A stretch of 63,977 nt of DNA, the filler included, from Dimargaris cristalligena (Eukaryota): the NCBI GenBank assembly GCA_003614675.1. It is 3 parts of 3 records of this genome, joined end to end, with 100 filler letters (N's around TTAATTAATTAA, not from the genome) between each part and the next. Parts side by side here need not be neighbours in the genome. Positions count along the whole stretch, not along the records: positions 1 to 22,371 come from ML002634.1; positions 22,472 to 44,721 come from ML002635.1; 1 more part is not named here. The stretch is one strand, 5' to 3'. The position numbers and the translations under genes are program-made. Numbering within the stretch: position 1 is the stretch's first letter; each line of letters begins with the position of its first letter. Shown here piece after piece: positions 11,981-23,530 of the stretch. The notes under the pieces are model-generated. The model was not told where the DNA came from and did not search any database. It saw only the letters and a program-made list of their open reading frames with translations.

Positions 11981-14900
11981 CTAGGCGGACGTTGGCTTTT
12001 CAACGGCCAGTGGCAGCCCCAGGGAATCATGTATGTACGAATACACGTCAGCAAGAATCACGGTCGATTTCTCTGAAAGTCCAGAATAGTAAAACACGCA
12101 CAATTATTAGGACGGTTAGTTAAGTTGAATAAGTAGGTATGGAGGTATTCTTAAATCCAGGAATCAGTTTAAACATGATCAAAATTGCCCAGTAGGGGGA
12201 TTGGATTTTACCAGGCACATACCTTTTAAGCAGACGTTCAGGGCGGCAAGGGTTCGGGGTTCCAAATCAGGGCAATAATGCAGAAGGTCAACAACCGCGC
12301 GTTGCAGTTCGCCTGACAGGGAAACAAATGGTCCAAACATAGCGCCCCGGTTGGGCATCTCGATATAGAAAAATGGGACCAGGGTCAGCTGAAGTTGGCT
12401 AGAAAAACCGGGACTTAGATGAGGAGTGTACCGTTTGAGGGCCAATGTAAGCACCCGTACTATGGTGGACGAACTGGTCGAGTGGCCGGTCTTCAATTCC
12501 CAGAGTAGTTTAGGTAACGACAGGAGCCATTTTTCAAGACTGGCCAGAGGAAGGACATTGAATTCCCCCAGGGAGGAACCCGATGCCAAAGCTGAGGTTG
12601 GGGAGGCAGCCGTATACGTTTGAATTTCGAAGAGGCGCGCTAGGTAACCGAGGGCGACATGTTTCGCCGGGGATCGGGCATTATGCGCGTGGTAGTAGGT
12701 TAGCAAACCTTCCCACAGCGCTTTGGATTCGGCGGGACCCAGGCTTTTCTGTAGGCGCCAAATCGCCGGCAGGACAGCCAGGAAATTCTTGGGTTCAAAC
12801 AGCGGGCTGGCGGGCCGGTTCTCTGAACTATCATCTGGGTAAGCCGAGGCCCGGCGCTTTTGTGGAGTGGTGCTTCGGGGAGGCCCTAAGGGCCCCGCAC
12901 CCAGTTGGGTCAAGATATAATCCAAATTGAACTGGGCCCATAATTGGACATCTTTACGAAGTTTGCTGAGTTTACCGGAAACTTGGGAGGGCGCTGGGGG
13001 TGCATTGGCTGGAGACTGGGCAGCTATAAATAAAGCAATCAGTTCACAGACGGCCGAGTTCATATCCTGGTAGATGGAAGAGGTCTGTCAAATAACAATA
13101 ATAATACCGTGTGTATGGTAGCATAATAGAACGTGTAACAGGTTAGAAATCAATATATCGAATGACTGGCTACATTAGGCGAGAATGTATTCAACGACAT
13201 CCATTAGTTAATTAAATAGGCCTGGGATATCCGTATCTTCGGGCATATATTAAAGCTGGTCAAATCTATACTCTCTTCACCACAAATTACCTTAGGGTTG
13301 GGGGTCTTCACCAAATCACGTCCAAAGGGGAAATACACCATCATATGTTTGAGTAGTTGGCATAACTCGCTTTGGGGGTTGTTCTGTATGGAGATTATCA
13401 AGGGTACAATAATAGGCACACATGGTAAGTTTGCAATATTCAAAAAAAAAAAAAAAAGGCACCGGAGACTATGATCTAAGGTTAATCCCATTAAACACTT
13501 TGGGGGTATTATATATTATAAGATGCTGACTGAGTATCGCCGAAAATTACCAATTAAAAATATATCTCGACTGAATAAATGGCGAAAATAAAAGGCAATT
13601 TAGCCATTACTTACAGTGAACTCATGGATACGAGAATCGCTGCGCCACAAGACCCGTAGAATCTGTAGGACGAGATGTAACACTGATAGCTCGGGTTTCG
13701 AGGGATCAATGCTCGAACCAGTGAAGATAGACGGACACGCCTCTAGCCATACCGCCTGAAGGAACGGATAAAGCTGAGTCATAATCTAGTATCATTGATA
13801 GAGGAAAAGGGTTCCAAAAGAGTTCATAATAAACAGCGGTTAGTAGGAAATAACACAAAAAAGGACATTCTATCACCAAGCAATGCCATATATTATTCAC
13901 AGGATACACACACACGCATAATTTTCGGGTTGAATTGGCTTACAGTGTGGCTGTCGATTAACGCTGGGGCGGACGACGAATGGGCTTCCTTGCGTGACTG
14001 CGCACTGGGGGTGGACTGGAGGCTCTGGGCCAAATCTTCCCCAAAGAGGCCCAGGGCCGCAAACGGATTGCTCAACGAGTGGGACTGGGACCAGATCGCT
14101 CCCGGGTGGCCCAAAGGGGCCCCTCCGACTCTTTGGTCAGCGGAATTGATCGCCCCCGCTGATGATTTATGGCTATACTGAACCCCCGATCCCCGGGTCG
14201 TATCGCTGGTGAATACGCTCCGCCTCTGCCAGGCGGGTTCGAAAAACCAATAGTAGGTCTCAGCAATCGTTAGTTCGAGGGGGGCCGAGTCCAATCCCGC
14301 CCCTGCCGTTCCGGAGGGGGCCAAAGTGCGTAGGAAATTGAGTAGGCTGGCCATAATCTGGACCCGTACGCCCTGGGACCAGGCCTGGGCTTGGAAATTC
14401 ATATGGCTTTTACCCGGGCCACGCTGAGACGCACCAGCGGGAGTTTCTCCGGCAGGGGTCTCGATCCGCAACATATCCAGGTAAATGGGAAGGAGCTGAG
14501 CCATTGAGGGAATCCAGTGGTAAATTTTGGTATCAAATGAGAATAATATAATATAAATATAAATAGTAAATAAAACCAGCCTAGAAATTAATTTGAAAAG
14601 GTGACAATGGGTCCAAACGTGATAATCAAATTAGTTCTCGGGAATTATCTAAAAGGTTATAGATGTGTTGGGGAGGCCTACCTTTTGTTTATACTGGCCC
14701 ATATACCGAGGCAGTATTTCAATCCAGGTATTCAGTAATTTCAGTCCGTCAATACGAATCTCCTCGTCAATATGGGTCATTGCCGAGTTGGTATAGGCCA
14801 GGATGATGGGGTAAAAGGCGGCCAATTTGGATTCAGGAAGGGCCCGGAAATGGTCGACGCAAAACCCCCGCACCAACTTCCGGATCACCGGTTCCTAGAT

Positions 14901-16002
14901 ATAATAATAAAGAGCCGGATAAAATAGAATCAGGGACATTGTGAATAAAGCGGGCAGTCGAAGAGAGTTACAATTTTAGACTAGTTAATAAACAATGTTA
15001 TAAGTCTATGGCATATGCCCCAGTGAGCTGACTTACATCATCAACAAAAAGCCGGACCAGGCTGTTGACTAATACCCCCAATTGTTCACCAATGACTGCG
15101 GGGTGTTGTTTTACAAGGTCATTAAGGCCGTGTAGAGCATCTACGATTTGGAAACAAATAATGTAAAGGAAATAGCTGCCATAGCAGAGTCAGTACAATT
15201 ACTGCCAGTAGGTATGGTGATGTTACTTATAGGGCGATACTCTTTCATCTAAAGCGAACCCGCATAAGCCAGTATTGCTTGTCCGAGGACGGTGGAGTGC
15301 TGTGTCGTAATATAGCTGTTCCTGGTTGAACTTACCTCGTTTCACCACTCCATTGTAGTGTTTAAGTTGAGGTACAAGGTCAGTAAGAGTAAGGTTGCGG
15401 GCATTAGTCTGCTGATTCGCCCGGTCTGCGTGGAGGTTCTGGCCCGTTAGGACAATAGCTAAGTAAATAAATCCAGAGCGCATAAAATAGTTTAAGCAGC
15501 GTTACCAGTGCATACGGTAAAAGAAAGAGGGATTAGCATCAGTGTAATGATTTCGATATTCAGATTTCTGCTGGTCAATTCGAACCAAGCAACATATTTC
15601 AACTATTGACTTGGTATTGGGGGGTGAATAGAATCGAAAAGGAACCTTACCTTGAGAGCGAAACGATGTGTCCGTATGGTTGGCGGCCGCCTGTTTCTTC
15701 TGACCGACCTTTAGCTTGACTTTCTGTATATGTATTCGGGATCAGATAGTGACGCAAGTAACCATAATTTTTAAAAAACAATCCTAAATTCGGTTATCTT
15801 TCTGGGTAAAAAGTTGTAGAATGGGTGTGTTGGACCTCTAGGGCCCACCGATTGAGAGAGGTCCCCACAGGACCATGTCCCAGGGAGAGCGCACGAATGG
15901 AGCAGGTTCAAGGTAAGCCAGGATGCTTCTACCTAAGCTCGCATGTAGGTTTACCTGAAAGTCTTTGGTTTTCTGTTTCTTATGGCGGGTACTGTTGGTC
16001 AT
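11981..16002 (-). CDS. IPI1: Rix1-complex pre-rRNA processing protein Ipi1/TEX10 homolog (multi-exon)
   Basis: The spliced N-terminus MTNSTRHKKQKTKDFQ|KVKLKVGQKKQAAANHTDTSFRSQ, then LTDLVPQLKHYN and AMTHIDEEIRIDGLKLL, are typical Ipi1_N/TEX10 motifs. Later exons contain WLLSLPKLLWEL and FGPF..L. The last exon ends at TAG 11983-11981. Confidence 0.9.
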
Positions 16003-16709
16003 GGTGAATTATGGTCTCGAAGAGGGGGGGCTACTCGGCTGAAAACCGGTAAAGGCTACTGAAAAGGGAAATGTGGTAGATAAGCAAGGATAGAGCTGGT
16101 GGAGAGGCCTCATTCAGAGGAATGCATTGGCTTGACTTTCTTCAGTAACAACCTTCCAATGTTGAATCCAACAATACTACTTAGGGTCGAAAAAAAAAAC
16201 TATCCCGATAATTAGTGTTCTCTCACCACCCCGCTCAAAGTAATAGGTATAATGGGCCAGTTCAGCTATATTATATCCCACCAGCGCAGATGGGATAAAT
16301 TTCACCCAATTATACAGGATTAAAGGCAATTCCCCTCTATGAGTTAGATGGCCTATTCAAGTCACATGATCTTAGAAAGACGGGCATGCCCATCTCCCCG
16401 TATACTAATGTTACATGTTAATAGGGGATCAATTGTGGTAGAGTATAATCGTATTTTATTCAACGACACAGACATAATCTCATAGTTGGCCATTTGGGCG
16501 GTTTGCTATAATACTCTGGGATAAAGTGTAGGGCTCTTGTGTCGACTGAGGGAGGGCTAAGTAGGCACTACTGCACCCTAATGAGCCGCCCACCCAGGGG
16601 GAGAGTACTGCGCGGGGGGCGGGGGTAAAATTTCACCGTCTTGCTGGTTGTTATTGTAGCCCTGCTATTGGCCGAGTGGGCCATTCCAATAGTATATGCC
16701 TAAGCATAT

Positions 16710-16845
16710 GGGTGAAATTCGGCCCAGCTGTATAATGGTTTAAATGATATGTGTATGGGATAATATATGGGGTATTTATTTTTAACCAGTAATAGTTGCT
16801 TCATCCAACCGATTTTTCGGTATACAGCTTGGCTGAACCTCTCCC
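16710..16845 (+). mobile_element. 136-bp MITE, copy A
   Basis: Imperfect TIRs GGGTGAAATTCGGCCCAGCTGTATA ... TATACAGCTTGGCTGAACCTCTCCC, flanked by ATAT at 16706-16709 and 16846-16849. Confidence 0.9.
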
Positions 16846-19470
16846 ATATTATACACCTGTGACACCACCACCCACTGCCAATATCATTACCACAATTAAT
16901 GTAATAGCCGCCTAAGCTATTTGACATTCGCAATTTCCTGATGAAGTGTGCAAATTGGGGCTGATTTTGTTTCCATATTTGAGGGAGGGGCTATGTGGCA
17001 CTCTAGCACCAAGCTATTTTTACTACCCACCCGCTGTTGAAGAGTCATGCATGAATGAGTTCCTCAACCAGATAGATGGTGGATATGGGCGGTCCATATA
17101 TAGAAATCCTCGTTTACGGTTTAGCATTCCATATAAATTTAGGTTATATGTAATAATCCCAGTAAATGTTAGTAATATATAATGAGTTGATGAGCGCTTA
17201 CGATTGACACTAAGTATTATGTGAGATATGGCAGAGCTTTATTTACAACACAAAATGATAGGAAATGAGAAGAACAGGGAGAATGGAAAGTAATGGTAAG
17301 CTTTAGGGACCATGGTCATTAGGGACTAGTATTGTGCTCGGTCGGTCCTTCCTTTTATATTGGAGAACTATAGGTCCAAGCGGAGTAGGGGCGCGAGAGA
17401 CTGTTGCTGTTACCCATATTGGGGGCCTTCATCTCAGTCCGACCTGGAAGTAGAGTTAAGCACTTCGTTGGGATGGTCCGGGCAGCCAGCGCTGGACATC
17501 GGGGATGGCACAGTTAAAAAAATAAAGTCGGCCCTGCCAGAATAATTGGGTTCTCCATCATCGGGTTGCTGTCCGTCTGCGGGGAGCTCTCTCATTCGTG
17601 GGCCTGGCCCTCTGTACCGTTTGATCGATGTTGGATACTCCGGTTGGTCCAGTATTTACAGGAATATACCCGCGTATAATTAGTTTTCCGGGGTTGCCTG
17701 ATTTATTCCATAATATATATATGCCTCTATTTTACCTAATCATCCCTTATTCGCTATCCCTTAGTTATTACATATACCCTAGGCAATTATTTATTGATAT
17801 TACTCTTTGCCAGTTCCCATTGAGTAAGTAGCAAACAAGATATGTCAGTGCTACATTCCTAGGAGGCTTACCTGCGTTAACTCTGATTATATATTAGGAT
17901 AGTAACCAAAACAAATACTTTACAGTACAGAAGTAATGGCGAAATTAGTGGTGAATAACTAAACGAGGCCCGGCCCCTCATACATGAAGTGTGTAACCAA
18001 ACCAAAGAAGAATTGCTGAGTCGATGAGCGAGGGAAGAAACCCTAATTTTAGAACTACACAGTGTATATAATTAGAATGCAGGGAATAGTTTATGTTATA
18101 ATTGGACCCACAGAAGTGGGCTGTTCGAGGTTTAGGTTGAAATGCTTTGTAGGTCTGAGATTGGATTCCTCCCTGTTCTCAAGGGTCATTACAGACCACT
18201 GCGAAACTCACACGATACGTATGGGGTGTAGCAGCCCTGTTCAGGTATAGCTTATTCACTTTATATGTACATGGTTGTTGAAACCCCACAATTACAACCA
18301 ATAATTTTGTTGATTCAGAGGGTTTAAATGGTCGGCCTGCACAACAAAAGGTTCAGGTCAAGTCCTCCACTCTATTCAAAACACCTCGATACTACCCACT
18401 AACAATATACTCCCACCACCCAGCCGGGCACAGACGCATAAAGTAGGACATGCATTAGTGGCATTACTTCGGATGGGCCAGTGGACATCGAGGTCCGTGA
18501 ATTTGTGCAGGGAGGCGGTGGTACAGAGAAAACATCCGAAGTGGCCATTGTTCAAATGGTCCAACCGTGGTTCTGTGTGGTGTGGAAGAGGTAGAGGTAG
18601 ATAATACTGGCGGCCACCCACCGGTTATTACAACTGCATGGCTTGGTTGTTATTGTTTCACTATTATTGAACCGGAACATTTTTGCCCATTAGTTCAAAA
18701 GCAGCCGTCGGCAATTTATCACCGACAGTGGTCCCTCAGATTAAAGTCCCATGCAATATGGATTCACATACACCCTTACTTTCTACAGATTCAACGGGAT
18801 TGGCCGATAAAAATAGGAATTGTCCGACACTAAATTAAGCCATACGCCCTGTTCTATACCTGTCTCGGCGAATAAAGGAGTGCTGGACAGTTGGGTTGGC
18901 AGTGAAGAACAAATCCAAATCCCACCACGGATCCCACGAACAGCATCATAAAACTCCGATGAAATCCCATCGCCAACTGACCTAAAAGAGTGTTTATCAC
19001 TAATACGTAACTAATCTTGACAGTGAAACCTTATGATCCAATAAAAATCGTCATATCCACGGGTCTATCCAACGGGCTGTATATGCCGGGACCTGCCATT
19101 GTTCCCCCATACACTCGCTACACAGATATAAATAATCTCGTGGAAAGTGCTAAACAATTACCTATATTCTAGAGGCACTTGGACACAAGGGAAAACATCT
19201 ACTCGTAATGATACCCGAAGGTCCATGACCTAATTGGCCTGTCCCTAAGCACCTGGATCACGGGCAGGGGTTGGCATATAAAAGCCAGTGGTCGCGCCCT
19301 TGTAATAACATTATCATTCCCACCAACACCATTACTTCTTTTTACAGTTGCATTCATCTCTTGCTCAACCCAGTTAGCTTCGCCCGGAGTTTTGACTTCC
19401 CAATTCTTTATAGGTCACTTCGATCTCTTCCCCTTCCCTCTTCCCCCTTCACATATCATCAACTATCACA

Positions 19471-20599
19471 ATGGTTCGGTTTGTTACTGCCCTGACTATC
19501 ATGGCCCTCGCAGCCCCCCTTCTTGTGTCGGCCCAAGGCTCGCTTCCTGGCGGTGGTAAGTGATATAGATCCGTTTATATATCTATCCAGTTGTATCATA
19601 TGTTATACGATCTCCCCTTCAATCCAAGTCGATTGTTGCTTGAAATTAAACCAGCAATGTGTCATGAACTGTATTCGGAAACTAATTGAAATATCAAGAT
19701 GCATTCTCCACGGATACTTGAATATTGTTACGATTATAGGATGCGATGCCACTCACGCTTGTGTGGCTGACCAATGCTGTAGCCAGTGGGGCTGGTGCGG
19801 CATCGGGGACACCTTTTGCGGCACCGGCTGCCTGAATGGCCCCTGCTCAGGGAACGGTGGCGGCAACCCCCAACCCACTGACACCTCGGCTCCCCCTACT
19901 AATCCCACAGACGTCTCCACCGATGGCACCTGTGGTTCTGACAAGACCTGCCCCGACAGTCAATGCTGTAGCCAGTGGGGCTACTGTGGTGTAGGCGACA
20001 GCTTCTGTGGTACTGGCTGCCAAAACGGTCCTTGCTCAGGGAATGGTGGTGGCAACCCCCAACCCACCAACACTGATGTTTCGGTTCCTCCCACCAGTCC
20101 TACCGACGTCTCCACCGATGGCACTTGCGGTTCTAATAAGACCTGTCCCAACAGCCAATGCTGCAGTCAGTGGGGTTATTGCGGTGTGGGCGACGGCTTC
20201 TGCGGTACCGGTTGCCAAAACGGACCCTGCTCGGGTAATGGTGGCGGTATCCCTCAGCCCACCAATACCGAAGTGTCGGTTCCTCCCACCAGCCCCACCG
20301 ACGTTTCAACCGACGGCACATGCAGTCCCAGCAAAATGTGTCCCGATAGCCAATGCTGCAGTCAGTGGGGTTATTGCGGTGTGGGCGATGGCTTCTGCGG
20401 TACTGGTTGCCAAAACGGACCCTGCTCGGGTAACGGTGGTGGCAACCCCCAGCCCACCAACACCGAAGTGTCAGCTCCTCCCACCAGCCCCACCGATGTC
20501 TCTACTGATGGTTCTTGCAGTGCCACCAAAGTGTGCCCGTCCGGCCAATGCTGTAGCCAATGGGGCTATTGTGGTACCGGCCCTTCGTTCTGCTCTTAA
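19471..20599 (+). CDS. Secreted chitin-binding protein with five tandem hevein-like (CBM18) domains, ~314 aa, no catalytic domain
   Basis: Exon 1 (19471-19555) encodes the signal peptide MVRFVTALTIMALAAPLLVSA. The intron 19556-19739 is GTAAGT...TAG. Exon 2 has five repeats of C-x5-C-x4-CCSQWG[WY]CG-x4-FC separated by Gly/Pro/Thr linkers; the last repeat is truncated. Confidence 0.95.
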
Positions 20600-21979
20600 A
20601 TAGACAATACTCTGTTCGGTCTACTAAGAAAATAACCCTCGTGTCCCCCTTACCAACCAGACCAGTGACCGGTACTCCATCTAGTTGCCCTCCAACTAAA
20701 CTACATCTACAGTTTTTTTAGGAAGAAATAAGCACACGGCCTCAATACCGACCTTTCCGGTCTTGGCTGTATTTTAAATATGATATATGTGCATGAGCAC
20801 TGCATAAGCAATTTGGGCCTGGCCATGTTTATATCCACCTACCCGTCTGTTCATATGTGACTGATATCCCTACCATGTCTATTTATTACAATTTGTCCTG
20901 AAAGCCTATCGTTGATACTTAGTTTTACTTTTGAATCTTTATATATATAAATACTTTGATTACCAGTTCATTTTTCCCACCATGTGTCGTCTATTGACAA
21001 TGTAACATGCCATGTATAGACTACTTAGTTAAACCTACTTAAGCATACTGAAAACTCTCAAACAGAGACAAATGGTTGGAATGGGATTTCCAACTCTCTT
21101 AGTGTAATAGAAAGAAACAATTGCATAAATGACATGGTTGGTGAGCGGAATACAAGTGCAGCACTAACCAAAAACTAACATTATCGTGAATAGGTGTAAA
21201 CAATGCTTTGGCATTAATTGGCATTTTTAATTCAGCCAATGGGAACTTGTTGGTCTTGTTGTGGCCGGCCTACTTAATCTTTAGTAGTATATCCGAGCCA
21301 AACTATTTTTAGTTTAGGAAAGATGAAGAGCATTACTGTAGGCCAGTAATCATCTTTTCTTATCCATTTATAGGACATTTGGTGGCTTAGGCCACCTTTC
21401 CATTATTCAATATTCAATATTTATAGTATTATTCGCAGTTCAAGGATGTTCTAGTTATAGAAGTCTGGGGTGTATCCCCAACCTTTGCACCTCCAAAGTT
21501 GCCAACATTGGCGGCCTTCATTATTCCATTATCTAGTACTATCATAGCACCAGTAAGTTATTATGTTCCATTTTATATAAATACCTGTTGGGTATTCTCT
21601 TAAATAAAGACAAGTAGTTTTACATGAGTATAGTTTACTATTCAGTTTTATTTTGATCCCCAGTCTTGTTCTATCCACATTGTCCTTTGGCCCAAGCCCA
21701 TTCATTGTACCTTATCTGTTGTGCACTAGAAGGATCCTTAAGTGATCCCCAGTTTCCTAGTTATCCCTATCTGAAGAACAGATAAGAAGTGTTCCCACTG
21801 AGTGTGTGTTTTCCTATAGTTAGCTAGTTTTACCACTGGACTACTATTGTTCCAGCTGGCCCTGATAAGATTATCAGGCTATATTATCTTATGGTATTAA
21901 GTACAACCACAATAGTCTATAATAACCAAATATACTATTTTACTGATGTGTAAATAGCATGATAGATAATTAAAATTAT

Positions 21980-22310
21980 CTGTGTATATCAGCCCTCTTA
22001 ATCCACCTTAATCTGGACACCAGGCTGACCACCCTTATTAGGCCTTATAGCACCATATTAACTATCACATAGTCACCCCCAGTACTATGGGATTATCATC
22101 TATTATATAACCCTTCTCCTTCCAGCCCCAACTCTTCACACAAAACACTCCAACCAGCTGATTTAAATGACTCTTCTGGTTCCCATGAGAGTCTTCCAGG
22201 TATGAAGCCATCTGATCAGACTCCTTATCTACCTATACCTAATCTTAATAGTATCCTCCTTCAGGGACCTCCCTTTGGAGTCATCCCCCATGTATATATA
22301 ACCAGCCCCC
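21980..22310. repeat. Third copy of the decayed repeat family that forms the 3.5-4.9 kb inverted repeat
   Basis: ATTAGGCCTTATAGCACCATATTAACTATCACATAGTCACCCCCAGTACTATGGGA matches the reverse complement of ~4762-4817. GGGACCTCCCTTTGGAGTCATCCC matches the reverse complement of ~4570-4594. Confidence 0.8.
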
Positions 22311-22371
22311 TGTAAAGAACTGAAATCAAATCCTTGAAAACTGAACTTTATTTGAAAAGATAGATAATAAA
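22311..22371 (-). mobile_element. Terminal fragment of a TG...CA element (probable LTR 3' end) truncated at the contig end
   Basis: 61 nt almost identical, in reverse complement, to 22520-22580. On the minus strand it carries AATAAA and ends ...TTTACA. Confidence 0.55.
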
Positions 22372-22471
22372 NNNNNNNNNNNNNNNNNNNNNNNNNNNNN
22401 NNNNNNNNNNNNNNNTTAATTAATTAANNNNNNNNNNNNNNNNNNNNNNNNNNNNNNNNNNNNNNNNNNNN
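22372..22471. other. Artificial contig linker/gap
   Basis: 44 N + TTAATTAATTAA (stops in all six frames) + 44 N. Confidence 0.97.
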
Positions 22472-22580
22472 CCCTTGCTGCCACCTCTTGGAACAGCAAG
22501 TCTATCATCACCTTTCCCTTTTATTATCTATCTTTTTAAATAAAGTTCAGTTTTCAAGGATTTGAGTTCAGTTCTTTACA
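22472..22580 (+). mobile_element. Terminal fragment of the same TG...CA element (probable LTR 3' end) at the start of the next contig
   Basis: ...TTTATTATCTATCTTTTTAAATAAAGTTCAGTTTTCAAGGATTTGAGTTCAGTTCTTTACA has 2 mismatches to the reverse complement of 22311-22371. Confidence 0.55.
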
Positions 22581-22607
22581 ACTGGATCCCTCAGTGTTAT
22601 ACTATAT

Positions 22608-22883
22608 GGGTGAAGTTCAGCTTGGTTGTATAAAGTTTTAACCAATATGTGTATGGGAAAATTGGTGGGATATTTATTTTCAGCCAGTAGTATTTGCCTT
22701 ATCAAATGGGTGAAGTTCAGCTCAGTTGTATAAGGGTTTAACTGATATGTATATGGGAAAATTGGTGGAATGTTTATTTTCAACCAGTAGTATTTGCCTC
22801 ATCAAATGGATTTTTCATTATACAGCCTGGTTGAACTACTCCCAAATGGATTTTTTGTTGTACAGCCTTATTGAACTACTCCC
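22608..22883 (+). mobile_element. Nested MITE pair: outer copy B1 (22608-22707 + 22848-22883) with inner copy B2 (22708-22843)
   Basis: The outer copy is flanked by ATAT/ATAT and the inner copy by AAAT/AAAT. Each reconstructs to 136 bp with GGG...CCC ends. Confidence 0.9.
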
Positions 22884-23219
22884 ATATATTTTCCATGTCA
22901 TACAGTAAGTCTAACAGGGAAGTAAATAATGTGAGATGGTTTTTTTATTAGCCACAAGCTATGATTCTGTATAACGCCTCAGCACTGCCAAATATATAAT
23001 CATATGTATTGGTGGACTATGTTATTAAGCAGGCCTTGTTTTGTTTTGTGGGTTGTGGACAGGGGTAGGCTATACCACCAAGCATGGTTAGGTGACCTGT
23101 GATTGGATATTGGAGGCAGGCTTGTGGCGGTAATGTTGGGAGAACAGAAAAGTATCAAACCAAGGCATTTTGTGCCAAGTGGCCAAGCAATATCTATTGA
23201 TGTTTTAATTTGACCATTT

Positions 23220-23355
23220 GGATGAAATTCAAACCAGCTGTATAAGGTTTTACATAATACATGTATAGGTTAATATATGTGAGAATGGTTTTTAACCAGT
23301 AATATTGGCCTCATCTAATGGATTTTTGGTTATACAGCCTGAATGGACTTCTCCC
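23220..23355 (+). mobile_element. 136-bp MITE, copy C
   Basis: GGATGAAATTCAAACCAGCTGTATA...TATACAGCCTGAATGGACTTCTCCC, flanked by ATTT/ATTT. Confidence 0.9.
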
Positions 23356-23530
23356 ATTTGTAGAGTTACCCCTGGTTATATTACCTGTTGCCAGTATCCT
23401 AGGTAAGCCCGCCACTACCCTTCACCCCAACCACACCATTCTACAGACACCTTGGCTACCTATAGCATTTGCCTTTTTTCCACCAGGCTGCTGTTCCTCT
23501 AGTATCGCCAAGATACCTACACCCCCCACT

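Noticed and set aside
16254-16311. Short segment resembling the MITE ends (GGGCCAGTTCAGC ... AATTTCACCC)
   Set aside because: Too short and diverged, and the flanking 4-mers differ (TAAT vs AATT).
17220-17640. Possible LTR on the minus strand (AATAAA before a TCACA end, TATA-like box near 17355)
   Set aside because: No matching second terminus or TSD was found.
19740-20599. Regularly spaced repeats as a possible CRISPR-like array
   Set aside because: They are in-frame coding repeats of hevein domains in a eukaryotic gene.
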